Shown: one piece after another, positions 47,296 to 55,881 of the stretch
Position numbering within the stretch: position 1 is the first letter of the stretch
How the letters are laid out: each line of letters starts with the position of its first letter
Source of the DNA: Vicinamibacteria bacterium
GTDB taxonomy: Bacteria; Acidobacteriota; Vicinamibacteria; Marinacidobacterales; Marinacidobacteraceae
Assembly: GCA_963555995.3 (NCBI GenBank)
Contig: OY821641.1
Coordinates: 3,520,001-3,584,000 of the forward strand
DNA length: 64,000 bases
Reading direction: 5' to 3'
The notes under the pieces: generated by a model
The model's input: the letters and a program-made list of their open reading frames with translations, nothing else
Told to the model about the DNA's origin: nothing
The model's database searches: none
Made by a program: the position numbers and the translations under genes

Positions 47296-47383
47296 GGCCT
47301 TCAGACCGGCACCGTCGCGAACGGGAGCGCCGGTCTTCAGACCGGCACCGCTGCGAATGGGAGCGCCGGTCTTCAGACCGGCA
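47296..47383 (+). repeat. Tandem REP hairpins, 36-bp period
   Basis: GGGAGCGCCGGTCTTCAGACCGGCA at 47323 and 47359, plus a half copy ending ~47312. Confidence 0.88.
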
Positions 47384-47413
47384 TCGTCCGCCAAAGGCGG
47401 ACGAAATCACGAC

Positions 47414-48664
47414 ATGACACGTCTTGTTTCGATACTCCTGGCGGGGCTCTTCCTGAGCACGGCCTCCGCCGCCCAGGACACCGTGCTCCGCTGCGGCGCC
47501 ATCTTCGACGGCGACGCCATGACCGCCGGCAGCGACATCGTGGTCCGCGACGGCCGGATCGTCACCGGACCCCCCGACTCCGGCGAGGTGATCAATCTCT
47601 CCGCATACACCTGCCTCCCCGGCCTCATTGACCTCCACGCCCACCTCACGATCAACCCGGAGACCCTGACCGCGCTCGACATGACCCGCTCCAGCGCGGC
47701 GCGGGCGCTCGACGCGCTGGCGAACGCCCAGAAGATGCTGAACGCCGGGTTCACTACGCTGCGGACGCCCGGCGAGTTCGACGGCTTCTACGGAACCGTG
47801 GATCTCAAGAACGCCATCAACCGCGGCCAGCACGCGGGGCCGCGCCTGCTCGTCGCGCCGCACGCCATCTCGGCGACCGGCGGGCACGGCGACTTCAACA
47901 ACCTGATGGCGGATCTCCACATTGAGACGCCCACCCGGATCGCCGACGGCCCGGACCAGCTCCGCCTCGAGATCCGCCGCGAGTTCAAGTACGGCGCCGA
48001 CTGGATCAAGCTGATGATGACCGGCGGGGTCATGTCGGCGGGCGACGACCCGAACGTCAGCACCTACACCGAGGAAGAGGTCCGCGCGGCGGTCGAGGAA
48101 GCGCACCGCCACAAGAAGAAGATCACCGTCCACGCCCACGGCGCGCCCGGGATCGTCACCGCGCTCCGCGCCGGGGTGGACTCGGTCGAGCACGCGACCC
48201 TCGTGGACGCGGAGGGCATCCGGCTCTTCAAGGAGCGCGGCGTCCCGATGGTCCCCACCCTCTACGTCATGAACTACATCCTCGAGGAGGGCGAGGCCAT
48301 CGGCTTCCCGCAGGAGAGCATCGAGAAGGCGCGTGCCCTCATCGGGGAGCGCGACCGCCGCATCGGCGCGGCCTTCGCGGCCGGCGCCCCGGTCGCCTTC
48401 GGCTCGGACACCATCTTCCCCCACGAGACCGCCGCCCGCGAGTTCGCGGTCATGGTGGGCATCGGCCTCAGCCCGACGGACGCCCTCCGGTCAGCCATGA
48501 CCGTCGCGGCGAAGACGCTCGGCCTCGAGGACGAGATCGGCCGAATCGCGGACGGCTACGCCGCCGACGTGATCGCGGTGGAGGGCAACCCCCTCGACAA
48601 CATCCGCGTCATGGAAGACGTCCGCTTCGTCATGCGCGCCGGCCGGGTGGTGAAGGCTCCGTAG
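47414..48664 (+). CDS. Exported metal-dependent amidohydrolase (Xaa-Pro dipeptidase-like)
   Basis: Signal peptide MTRLVSILL, PGLIDLHAH, TGGHGD, GADWIK, HAHG, SVEHA, FGSD. Confidence 0.9.
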   Translation: MTRLVSILLAGLFLSTASAAQDTVLRCGAIFDGDAMTAGSDIVVRDGRIVTGPPDSGEVINLSAYTCLPGLIDLHAHLTINPETLTALDMTRSSAARALDALANAQKMLNAGFTTLRTPGEFDGFYGTVDLKNAINRGQHAGPRLLVAPHAISATGGHGDFNNLMADLHIETPTRIADGPDQLRLEIRREFKYGADWIKLMMTGGVMSAGDDPNVSTYTEEEVRAAVEEAHRHKKKITVHAHGAPGIVTALRAGVDSVEHATLVDAEGIRLFKERGVPMVPTLYVMNYILEEGEAIGFPQESIEKARALIGERDRRIGAAFAAGAPVAFGSDTIFPHETAAREFAVMVGIGLSPTDALRSAMTVAAKTLGLEDEIGRIADGYAADVIAVEGNPLDNIRVMEDVRFVMRAGRVVKAP

Positions 48665-48668
48665 GGGA

Positions 48669-48694
48669 GGGAGCGCCGGTCTTCAGACCGGCAC
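48669..48694 (+). repeat. REP hairpin just after a stop codon
   Basis: GGGAGCGCCGGTCTTCAGACCGGCAC. Confidence 0.85.
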
Positions 48695-48819
48695 CGCCCG
48701 CCGTAGGCGGGCGAGAGACTGATGCGGCCGGACCTTCGGCAGGTCTCCGCCCCTGCTGTGCTTCGGCGAAATACGTACGAGATGGAATCAATACGTATAG
48801 TGAGCGTCCGGTGGCCAGA

Positions 48820-49053
48820 ATGAAGACGAAGACAAAGCTCACGATCACAGTGGACAGTGACCTGCTTACCCGAGCCAAACAGTACGCGCACGCTCGGGGT
48901 GTGTCCGTGTCTTCCCTGGTCGAGGCTGCGCTTCGAGAGGTCGCGGAGGCGGACACTCCCTCGTTCGCGTCCCGGTGGAGAGGCCAGTTCAAGCCGGCCG
49001 AGCGGGACGACACCCGCTATCGCGCACTCGCCGAAAAGTATCGGTCAGGATAA
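48820..49053 (+). CDS. Ribbon-helix-helix antitoxin-like protein (DUF6364-like), no toxin downstream
   Basis: MKTKTKLTITVDSDLLTRAKQYAHARGVSVSSLVE. Upstream AATACGTA repeats at 48770 and 48790. Confidence 0.78.
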   Translation: MKTKTKLTITVDSDLLTRAKQYAHARGVSVSSLVEAALREVAEADTPSFASRWRGQFKPAERDDTRYRALAEKYRSG

Positions 49054-52000
49054 CTGGGGGCGGAACCTGGTGGCGACGTACTTCCCCGCGTCGCCCTCTC
49101 CCAAGCGCACGGTTCCCGGGCCACTGCGAACGTAGAAGTCCCCCTCCGGGGCCTTCTCCACGCCCTTCCAACGCAGGTGCACCGGCTCCGGGCTCCGCTG
49201 GCAACTCACCAGACACACCGTCTTCCCCGCCACGATCTGCGTAGTCGGATCAATGCACGTCCCGGCGCGGTCGCCGAGGCCGTTGCGGACCGCCTGGGCC
49301 AGGTGCCGCAGGAACTTGTCGTCGGTCTCCAGCCGGTCGTGCTCGATGCCGAGCACCGTGCGGTCGTCGGCCACGCCGATCAGTAGATCCCCGCCCTCCG
49401 TGTTCAGGAACGCCGCGATGGTCTTGAGCGCCGCGTGGGTGATGCGGCGGTCGTCCTTGCGGTCCTCCTTCAGGTTCCAGCGCAGGCTCGACTTGAACTC
49501 CAGCGTCTTCGACTCCTGGAGCTTCAGCAGCTCCTCGGCGCGGCGGTGGCGCTTGATGTAGTCGTCGAAGAGCAGGTTCTTGAGCAACTGCCCGAAGTCG
49601 GGGTCGTCGGTGATGCGCTTGTAGAGGTCGAAGTTCGTCTCGACGATCTCCTGGATCTTGTCTTCGAGCTTGGGATCGAAGGTCAGCCGCACGTTCTCGC
49701 GGGTGTTCACCCGGGCGCTGGCGTCGAGGCCGGCGTCCTCGTCGAGCGCGGAGCGGAGGTGCTCCAGCGTGAGGCGGTGCTCGGGGCCGAGGTCGAGGCC
49801 GAAGCGCTGGTTCAGTTCCTCGATGATCTGGGACAGCGCCTCCAGCTCCGCCGCGTCCGCGCCTGCCGGTGACTTGCTGCCGGCGGGGTCGAGCGCCCCG
49901 ACCTGGCGTTCCAGTGCGATGCGCCCCCGGCTCGTCCGCTGCACGCGGAAGGACTCGATGTCAATGCTCTCCCGGACCTCCAGCGGCAGCGCCTCGCGCT
50001 CGCCCGCGAGCAGCGGTGCGAGGAACCGGGCGAACGCGTAGAGCTTCTCCAGATCGGTGTCCTCGAAGGGGATGACCTGGGAGAGGAAGGCGTAGAGCCG
50101 GAGGTACTCGGCGAGCTGGCTCCGGAACTCGTGGGCGGCGTCGTCGCTGATGCCGACGTAGCGCTGGCGGACGGGTTCGAGCGCGGCGTAGAGCTCTTCC
50201 TGGGCGGGCCGCTCGCGGAAGTACGCCCGGGCGAAGGCGCCTACGTCGTCCGCGTCGAACACCCCGAAGCCGAGCAGCCGGCCCTCGACCTCGTAGAGCA
50301 GATTGGGGTCGGTCTCCTCGGAGAGGAGGGTGGCGTCGTAGTAGGGCTCGAACGCCTTCCGGATCTCGTCGGCCTCGTTCGCGAAGTCGAGGACCATCGC
50401 GCCGTCCTTGCCGGGGTGGGTGCGGTTCAGGCGGGAAAGCGTCTGGACCGCGTTCACGCCGCCGAGCTTCTTGTCCACGTACATCGTGTGGAGCAGGGGT
50501 TGGTCGAAGCCGGTCTGGAACTTGTTGGCCACCACGAGGAAGCGGACCTCGGGCTTCCCGAACTCCGCCGCCGTCTGCCGGTCGCTGATGACGCGCTCCT
50601 CGCCGGCGGAGTTCATGCCGGACTCGGTGTAGGACCGGCCGCCGTCGTTCACCGTGCCGGAGAAGGCGACGAGCGCCTTCCAGGGGTGGCCCCGCTCCCG
50701 GAGCGCGCGGTCGAGCGCGACCCGGGTGCGCACCGCGTGGAGGCGCGAACGGGTCACGATCATCGCCTTGGCGCGGCCGCCGATCTTCGCCGCGACCTGC
50801 GATGCGAAGTGCTCCACGGCGATGGCGGCCTTCTCGCCGACGGCGTGCGGGTGCAGCTCGACGAAGGACTTGAGCAGGGCGGTGGCCTTTTGCCGGTCGT
50901 AGCGCGGGTCGGCCTCGATGGTCTTCAGCAGGCGCCAGCAGGAGCGGTAGGTGGTGTAGCTCTTGAGCACATCGAGGATGAAGCCCTCCTCGATCGCCTG
51001 CCGCATGCTGTAGAGGTGGAACGGCCGGAACGTCCCGTCCGGCTGCTTCTCGCCGAACAGCTCCATCGTCTTCGCCTTCGGGGTGGCGGTGAACGCGAAC
51101 ATCGAGAGGTTCGGCTGCGGACCGCGCCGGCGGATCTCCGCGAGGACGAGGTCCTCGAGTTCCTCTTCCGGCGTCCCGGCGCCCGCTTCCTCGCGCTCGG
51201 CCTCCTCGAGGCTGCCCGCCGCGAGGACGGCCTTGAGGCTCTTGGTGTGCTCGCCGGACTGCGACGAGTGCGCCTCGTCCACGATCACCGCGAAGCGCTT
51301 GCCGGGGAGCTGCCCGATCTGCTCGGAGATGACGGGGAACTTCTGGAGGGTGGTGACGATAATTGTCCGGCCCGCTTCGAGCGCCTCGCGAAGCTGGCGC
51401 GAGGTGTGTTCGATGTTCTCCACCACGCCGAGCGTCTGCTCGAACTGGACGATGGTGGTCTGGAGCTGGCGGTCGAGCACGCGCCGGTCGGTCACCACGA
51501 CCACCGAGTCGAAGACGCGCCGGTCCTCGTCGTCGTGCAGCACGGAGAGCTGGTGGGCGAGCCAAGCGATGGTGAAGCTCTTGCCGCTCCCGGCGGAGTG
51601 CTGGATCAGGGTGCGCCGGCCGGGGCCGCGGCGCCGCGCGTGGCGGACCAGCCGGCGCACGGCGTCGAGTTGCTGGTAGCGCGGGAAGATCAGGAAACGC
51701 CGGCCGGTCTTCCGGCCGCGGTCGTCCTCCTCCTCGATCTCGTGGATGAACTGGCGGATGAGATCGAGCACGCTGTCCCGCGCCCAGATGCGTTCCCACA
51801 GGTAGCGGGTCGCGTAGCCCAGCCGGGTGGGCGGGACCGGCGGGTTTCCGGCGCCGCCGTCGCGGCCCTGGTTGAACGGCAGGAAGCGCGTCTTCGGCCC
51901 GGCGAGCGCGGTGGTGACGAACACCTGGTCGGGGTCCACGGCGAAATGGGCGAGGCAGCGGCCGTAGGCGAGCAGCGGCTCCCGCGGGTCGCGGTCGGTG

Positions 52001-52587
52001 CGGTACTGGTGGATCGCGTCCCGCACGTCCTGGCCGGTGAACGGGTTTTTGAGCTCGGCGGTGAAGATGGGGATGCCGTTCAGGAACAGCGCGAGGTCGA
52101 GGCTCCGGCCGGTCTTCTCGCTGAAGCGCAGTTGGCGGACGACGGCGAAGAGGTTCGCGGCGTGGAGGCGCTGGGTCTCCTCGTTGAGGCCGCTCGCGGG
52201 GCGGAAATACGCGAGCCGGAAGCGGCAGCCCACGTCCCGGACGCCGCGCCGGAGCACGTCGAGCGCCCCGCGCCGGGCGATCTCGCGCGAGAGGCGGCCG
52301 AGGAAGCGGGGCCGGACGTTTTCGCCATAGTGCTGCCGCAGCCGTTGCCATTCCTCCGGCTGGGTGGCGAGGAGGAAGTCGAGGACGTCCGACGGGATCA
52401 GGCAGAGGGCGCGGTCGTAGTCCCGGGAATGGCGTTCGTGGTAGCCGCCGGGGGCGGGGTCGTCGTCGGACGGCGGGAGGGGTTCGGAGATGCCCCGGCG
52501 GCGGTGCGGCCGGGCGTCGGGGCCGTGCTGGAGGAGGGAGTACTCGATGGCGTCCTCGAACGCGCGTTCGGAGATGCCGAGTCTCAT
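49045..52587 (-). CDS. hsdR: Type I restriction enzyme R subunit with C-terminal Schlafen/AlbA_2 domain
   Basis: DLALFLNGIPIFTAELKN nuclease motif, HSAGSGKS, DEAHSSQ, FTATP, FQTGFDQP, QTLSRLNR. The last ~165 aa contain ESKTLEFKSS..IAAFLNTEGGDLLIGVADD..FYVRSG. Confidence 0.93.
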   Translation of the reverse strand: MRLGISERAFEDAIEYSLLQHGPDARPHRRRGISEPLPPSDDDPAPGGYHERHSRDYDRALCLIPSDVLDFLLATQPEEWQRLRQHYGENVRPRFLGRLSREIARRGALDVLRRGVRDVGCRFRLAYFRPASGLNEETQRLHAANLFAVVRQLRFSEKTGRSLDLALFLNGIPIFTAELKNPFTGQDVRDAIHQYRTDRDPREPLLAYGRCLAHFAVDPDQVFVTTALAGPKTRFLPFNQGRDGGAGNPPVPPTRLGYATRYLWERIWARDSVLDLIRQFIHEIEEEDDRGRKTGRRFLIFPRYQQLDAVRRLVRHARRRGPGRRTLIQHSAGSGKSFTIAWLAHQLSVLHDDEDRRVFDSVVVVTDRRVLDRQLQTTIVQFEQTLGVVENIEHTSRQLREALEAGRTIIVTTLQKFPVISEQIGQLPGKRFAVIVDEAHSSQSGEHTKSLKAVLAAGSLEEAEREEAGAGTPEEELEDLVLAEIRRRGPQPNLSMFAFTATPKAKTMELFGEKQPDGTFRPFHLYSMRQAIEEGFILDVLKSYTTYRSCWRLLKTIEADPRYDRQKATALLKSFVELHPHAVGEKAAIAVEHFASQVAAKIGGRAKAMIVTRSRLHAVRTRVALDRALRERGHPWKALVAFSGTVNDGGRSYTESGMNSAGEERVISDRQTAAEFGKPEVRFLVVANKFQTGFDQPLLHTMYVDKKLGGVNAVQTLSRLNRTHPGKDGAMVLDFANEADEIRKAFEPYYDATLLSEETDPNLLYEVEGRLLGFGVFDADDVGAFARAYFRERPAQEELYAALEPVRQRYVGISDDAAHEFRSQLAEYLRLYAFLSQVIPFEDTDLEKLYAFARFLAPLLAGEREALPLEVRESIDIESFRVQRTSRGRIALERQVGALDPAGSKSPAGADAAELEALSQIIEELNQRFGLDLGPEHRLTLEHLRSALDEDAGLDASARVNTRENVRLTFDPKLEDKIQEIVETNFDLYKRITDDPDFGQLLKNLLFDDYIKRHRRAEELLKLQESKTLEFKSSLRWNLKEDRKDDRRITHAALKTIAAFLNTEGGDLLIGVADDRTVLGIEHDRLETDDKFLRHLAQAVRNGLGDRAGTCIDPTTQIVAGKTVCLVSCQRSPEPVHLRWKGVEKAPEGDFYVRSGPGTVRLGEGDAGKYVATRFRPQLS

Positions 52588-53981
52588 GCGGCTTCGGCGC
52601 GGATGTCGATCTTGCCGGTGACGGCGGCGGAGATGAGGGCGGTGCGGTACTCGTGGAGGAGGGTGATGGCCATCTGAACCTTTGCGATGAGCGCGTCCGT
52701 ATTGGATGTTTGGCGGTCGAGGTAGTTGGCGATCACCCGCTGATCCTTCTTGGGTGGTTCAACCACGACGAGATCCTTGACCGCTTCCTGGGAAATGTTG
52801 CTGGCGAGGCCACCGCCCCCGCTGATCACGGATTCGATCTGCCAGCGGACAAGCCGTGAGTTCAGCGCATATCCAATGAAGTGGCGGTGTGCCCTTCTCG
52901 CGTTCGTGTGGAGTCGAAAAACCTTGTCGCATAACAGCAGGCGTGGACGGCATTCCCGTACTACCGCGACGGAACCCACAAGCTCTCGGGACCCACTCGC
53001 CCGTGACATGAGCACATCGCCAGCCTTGATTTCAAGAGATGGAAGGGGCTTGAGCCTCAAAGGTAGAGCCTTGTTCTCTGACTCCACGAACGCGCCCTGG
53101 TTGACACAGCCTGCCTTGAGAACTCCCCATTCATCGGCGTCGGCCTCACGGTTCTCGCATTCGGGACTCCATCCCTGTTCGATGTGACGCACGAGATGGC
53201 GGAGTCTCTTCACCGTCCAATGCGCCGGGATCGCGCCCAGCCACTTGATGCCGGAGTCCTTCATGGGCGCGTTCGGATCGATGCCCCGGGTGACCGCGCG
53301 CGTGATGAGCGCGGTGCGCTTTTCCTGAAGCAACTCGATCAGCCGCTCCTTCTTCGCCACCAGCGCATCAATCTTCACCGTCTCCCGATCGAGAAAGTTC
53401 GCGATGTCGCGCTGTTCCTCCAGAGGCGGCACCACCAGCGCGACGGACTCGAGATCTGCACTCGCCAGTTCCATGAAGGTGCTTCCCCGACCGGCGGCCT
53501 CAAGAACCGGCTTTGCGGCACGAACCTGAAAGTAGAAGTAGGTCTTACTGCTGGAGTCTCGAAACACAAGGGAGCGACAACCCTGATTCGTGCAGACGGG
53601 TGTGCCGGCAATTGCTAGATGGCCGATCGGCGCGCGGGTAGAAAGGACCAGAGTCCCGGCAGGGACCAACTGGGTGCCACAGCTCTCGTAGCCCTTGCGC
53701 GTGATGCACCGTCCCGGCTCAAAGAGCACCCTCTCCTCTATCTTGCCCAGGTCTTCGGGAGTCACCCACGGGATGTCCCCGTCCCAGTAGTCGGGTTCGC
53801 CACTCTTGGGCGTGGAACCGTTCACGACCCGAAACTGCCGTTTCAGGACCTTGGTTTCCCAATGCGACGGTATGCCGCTCATCCACTCGACGCCGGAGTC
53901 CTGGTATTCCGGGTATGGCCGGAAGCGCCGCACCCCGCGTCGATCATGCCTCGATCCGCGCATCATGCCCCGATCCATCAT
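52584..53981 (-). CDS. hsdS: Type I R-M specificity subunit (start uncertain; alternative GTG at 53933)
   Basis: YPEYQDSGVEWMSGIPSHW, PPLEEQRDIANFLD, MKDSGIKWLGAIPAHW, EYRTALISAAVTGKID. Two TRDs of lower GC. ATGA coupling to hsdR. Confidence 0.93.
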   Translation of the reverse strand: MMDRGMMRGSRHDRRGVRRFRPYPEYQDSGVEWMSGIPSHWETKVLKRQFRVVNGSTPKSGEPDYWDGDIPWVTPEDLGKIEERVLFEPGRCITRKGYESCGTQLVPAGTLVLSTRAPIGHLAIAGTPVCTNQGCRSLVFRDSSSKTYFYFQVRAAKPVLEAAGRGSTFMELASADLESVALVVPPLEEQRDIANFLDRETVKIDALVAKKERLIELLQEKRTALITRAVTRGIDPNAPMKDSGIKWLGAIPAHWTVKRLRHLVRHIEQGWSPECENREADADEWGVLKAGCVNQGAFVESENKALPLRLKPLPSLEIKAGDVLMSRASGSRELVGSVAVVRECRPRLLLCDKVFRLHTNARRAHRHFIGYALNSRLVRWQIESVISGGGGLASNISQEAVKDLVVVEPPKKDQRVIANYLDRQTSNTDALIAKVQMAITLLHEYRTALISAAVTGKIDIRAEAA

Positions 53982-54300
53982 GCCTCGATCCGCGCATCAT
54001 GCCCCGATCCATCATGCCTCGATATGGGGATCATGCCCCGATATCGGCCTCCGGCTTCGCGATCCGATTCTGTTTCCTGTTGTTCCCGATCGGGACCACC
54101 GGACCGATTGCCTACCGGTTCCAGGGCTCTTTTGGCCGGTTTCGGAGGCTTCCGACCCCGATTTCGCCGAACTGCCGGCCGTTTCGAGACAGCCGCTCTC
54201 CCCGTCTCCCCGAGTGCCCAACCGGCCCATCATGCCCCGATATCGCGTGATCATGCCTCGATATCGCCGATCATGCCCCGATTCGCGATCATGCCCCGAT
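53943..54300. repeat. Ten direct copies of ATCATGCC(C/T)CGAT in two blocks
   Basis: Copies start at 53943, 53962, 53977, 53996, 54011 and 54030 (34-bp higher-order period), then 54229, 54250, 54270 and 54288. Confidence 0.92.
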
Positions 54301-54361
54301 CCGTGTGGACATCCGGCTCAGCCACCGCCGGATCGCGTCCTCGTCACCCAGCGCGACGGGG

Positions 54362-55003
54362 TCATGCTTGCAGGGCCTCCAGTGCCGGACGGATGAGTGA
54401 CTTGGCGCGGCAGATTTCGGCCGCCCGCCAAATCTGGCCGGAGGTCGCCTTGCGGTCGTAGAGCGTGTCGCGCAGGGCCTCAAGCGCTACGTCCAGGCCG
54501 ACGATGCGACGGAAGCGGAAGCAGTCCACCACGGTGCGCGCCGGCGTCGTGATACGTCCGGGAACACCGTCGAAGGTGGCGCTCACGACCCCGTAGCGCA
54601 GCGAGGCTCCGGAGAAACGGACCACCCGAATCGGCAGCTCCGGAACGTGGGGCGCGCGGGCCTTGTGGGGGATGCCGATCCAGACCTTGCGAGGAAGCTG
54701 GGTACCGATTTCGTAGATGTCCAGGGCGGTCACCAGGCAGACGATGGCGCCCGGAACCCGCGCGCACACGGCCCCCTCGGTGTAGTGTTCGGTCAGTTCG
54801 GCGTCGGTGTTGCGATAGAGGCCGCGCGCCACGCGGTCAACCGATCCGTCGTCCATCAGCCGCCGCAGTGTGCGGGAGTCGAGGCCCAGATCGGCAGCCT
54901 CGCGGCGGCGGAAGAAGGTTCGTCCGGCAAGCCGCTTCGGGTGAGCCGGGTGCTCTGAAATGTCGGCAATTACGTGTGATTGCCGACGTTTTGAAACAGA
55001 CAT
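54362..55003 (-). CDS. AbiEi-family (type IV TA) antitoxin / transcriptional regulator
   Basis: LRRLMDDGSVDRVARGLY, VPGAIVCLVTAL, TTPARTVVDCFRFRRIVGLDVALEAL. Confidence 0.88.
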   Translation of the reverse strand: MSVSKRRQSHVIADISEHPAHPKRLAGRTFFRRREAADLGLDSRTLRRLMDDGSVDRVARGLYRNTDAELTEHYTEGAVCARVPGAIVCLVTALDIYEIGTQLPRKVWIGIPHKARAPHVPELPIRVVRFSGASLRYGVVSATFDGVPGRITTPARTVVDCFRFRRIVGLDVALEALRDTLYDRKATSGQIWRAAEICRAKSLIRPALEALQA

Positions 55004-55067
55004 GCGGGAAGGATAGCCGGTTGGGAGTCATGTGTCAAAACGTCGGCATATATTGTTATTTGCCGAC
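54962..55067. promoter_or_regulatory. Two GTCGGCA-N12-TGCCGAC palindromes (probable AbiEi operators)
   Basis: At 54962-54987 and 55042-55067, in an AT-rich patch at the 5' end of the AbiEi gene. Confidence 0.75.
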
Positions 55068-55143
55068 ATATTGATGCAATGTTGCCGAGTCGTGTCTGAT
55101 TCCTGAGAGGCTTCCGCGATCGCGAAGAGTCCCGGCCGGTCAA

Positions 55144-55449
55144 TCAGGCCGGCACGTACCGTTCGACCCTGATCTCGTCCGCCCGGGCTCGCATGCACGA
55201 TGCGTCGTGCCATGCCTGCAAACGGAGCAGCAGATCCATGCTCACGCCGAACGCCTTCTCCACCCGAAGCGCCATCTCCGGCGAGAGTGCGGTGCCGCCG
55301 TTCAGGAGTTCGGAAAGCGTCGTCTTCCGGACCCCGAGAATCTCGGCCGCCCGGGTGACGCTGAGCCCCAACTCCTCAATGACTTCCGCGCGGATGAAGT
55401 CGCCCGGGTGAGAAGGCGTCATGTTGATTCGGATTCCTTTGCCAGCCAT
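55144..55449 (-). CDS. higA: HigA-family antitoxin (HTH-XRE)
   Basis: PSHPGDFIR, LGLSVTRAAEILGV, LSPEMALRVEKAFG, LRLQAWHD. Confidence 0.92.
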   Translation of the reverse strand: MAGKGIRINMTPSHPGDFIRAEVIEELGLSVTRAAEILGVRKTTLSELLNGGTALSPEMALRVEKAFGVSMDLLLRLQAWHDASCMRARADEIRVERYVPA

Positions 55450-55478
55450 CAGTGACGGTCCGAGAAGTCTAGGGACAC
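55449..55478 (-). pseudogene. Possible 3' remnant of a higB toxin
   Basis: VSLDFSDRH* ends in a TGATG overlap with the higA ATG and resembles the ...DYH* terminus typical of HigB. Confidence 0.4.
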
Positions 55479-55540
55479 CGGACGGGTGGGTCGGTGCGAC
55501 ATTCGGCGAGGGCTGACGCCAACCGGAGGGGTGTTGTGCG

Positions 55541-55564
55541 GTGCCGGCTGAAGCCGGCGTTCCC
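55541..55564 (-). repeat. REP hairpin
   Basis: GTGCCGGCTGAAGCCGGCGTTCCC. Confidence 0.8.
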
Positions 55565-55594
55565 GGCCGGCGGCGTCATCCAGCCGGGACGGCG

Positions 55595-55801
55595 TCAGGC
55601 GGACTTGTAGCGTTTCCGGAGCCGCCCAATGACCTCCTCGGCGGGCTCGGTCTGACCGGCTTCGATCTGTCGGTCTCCCAGTTCGAGTATCTGGAGGAGG
55701 GCCTCGGCCTCCTGCTGTCGTTCCCGGCTCGCGGCGTCGTTCGCCGGGGCTTGGGCGTCCATGGTGGAAAACGATTCCGGTGGCGTGGGTTTTTTCTTCA
55801 T
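55595..55801 (-). pseudogene. Truncated Phd/YefM-type antitoxin (C-terminal part)
   Basis: DAASRERQQEAEALLQILELGDRQIEAGQTEPAEEVIGRLR resembles Phd-family C-termini. No recognisable N-terminal DNA-binding part and no toxin. Confidence 0.55.
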
Positions 55802-55881
55802 GTGCAGGTGCTCGCCGTCGTCCGGTCCCGTCAGTTGTAGCGTAAATCGAAACTGCGGCAGATCGGTAGTAAACTGCGTAT

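Noticed and set aside
47249-47413. REP-encoded N-terminal extension (GAPVFRPA repeats) of the amidohydrolase from the ATGA-coupled ATG at 47249
   Set aside because: A clean signal peptide begins at ATG 47414, so the tandem REPs are more likely intergenic. The open frame means the extension cannot be fully excluded.
53943-54300. CRISPR array
   Set aside because: Repeats are only 13 bp, spacers are 2-8 bp and partly identical, and there are no cas genes in the window.
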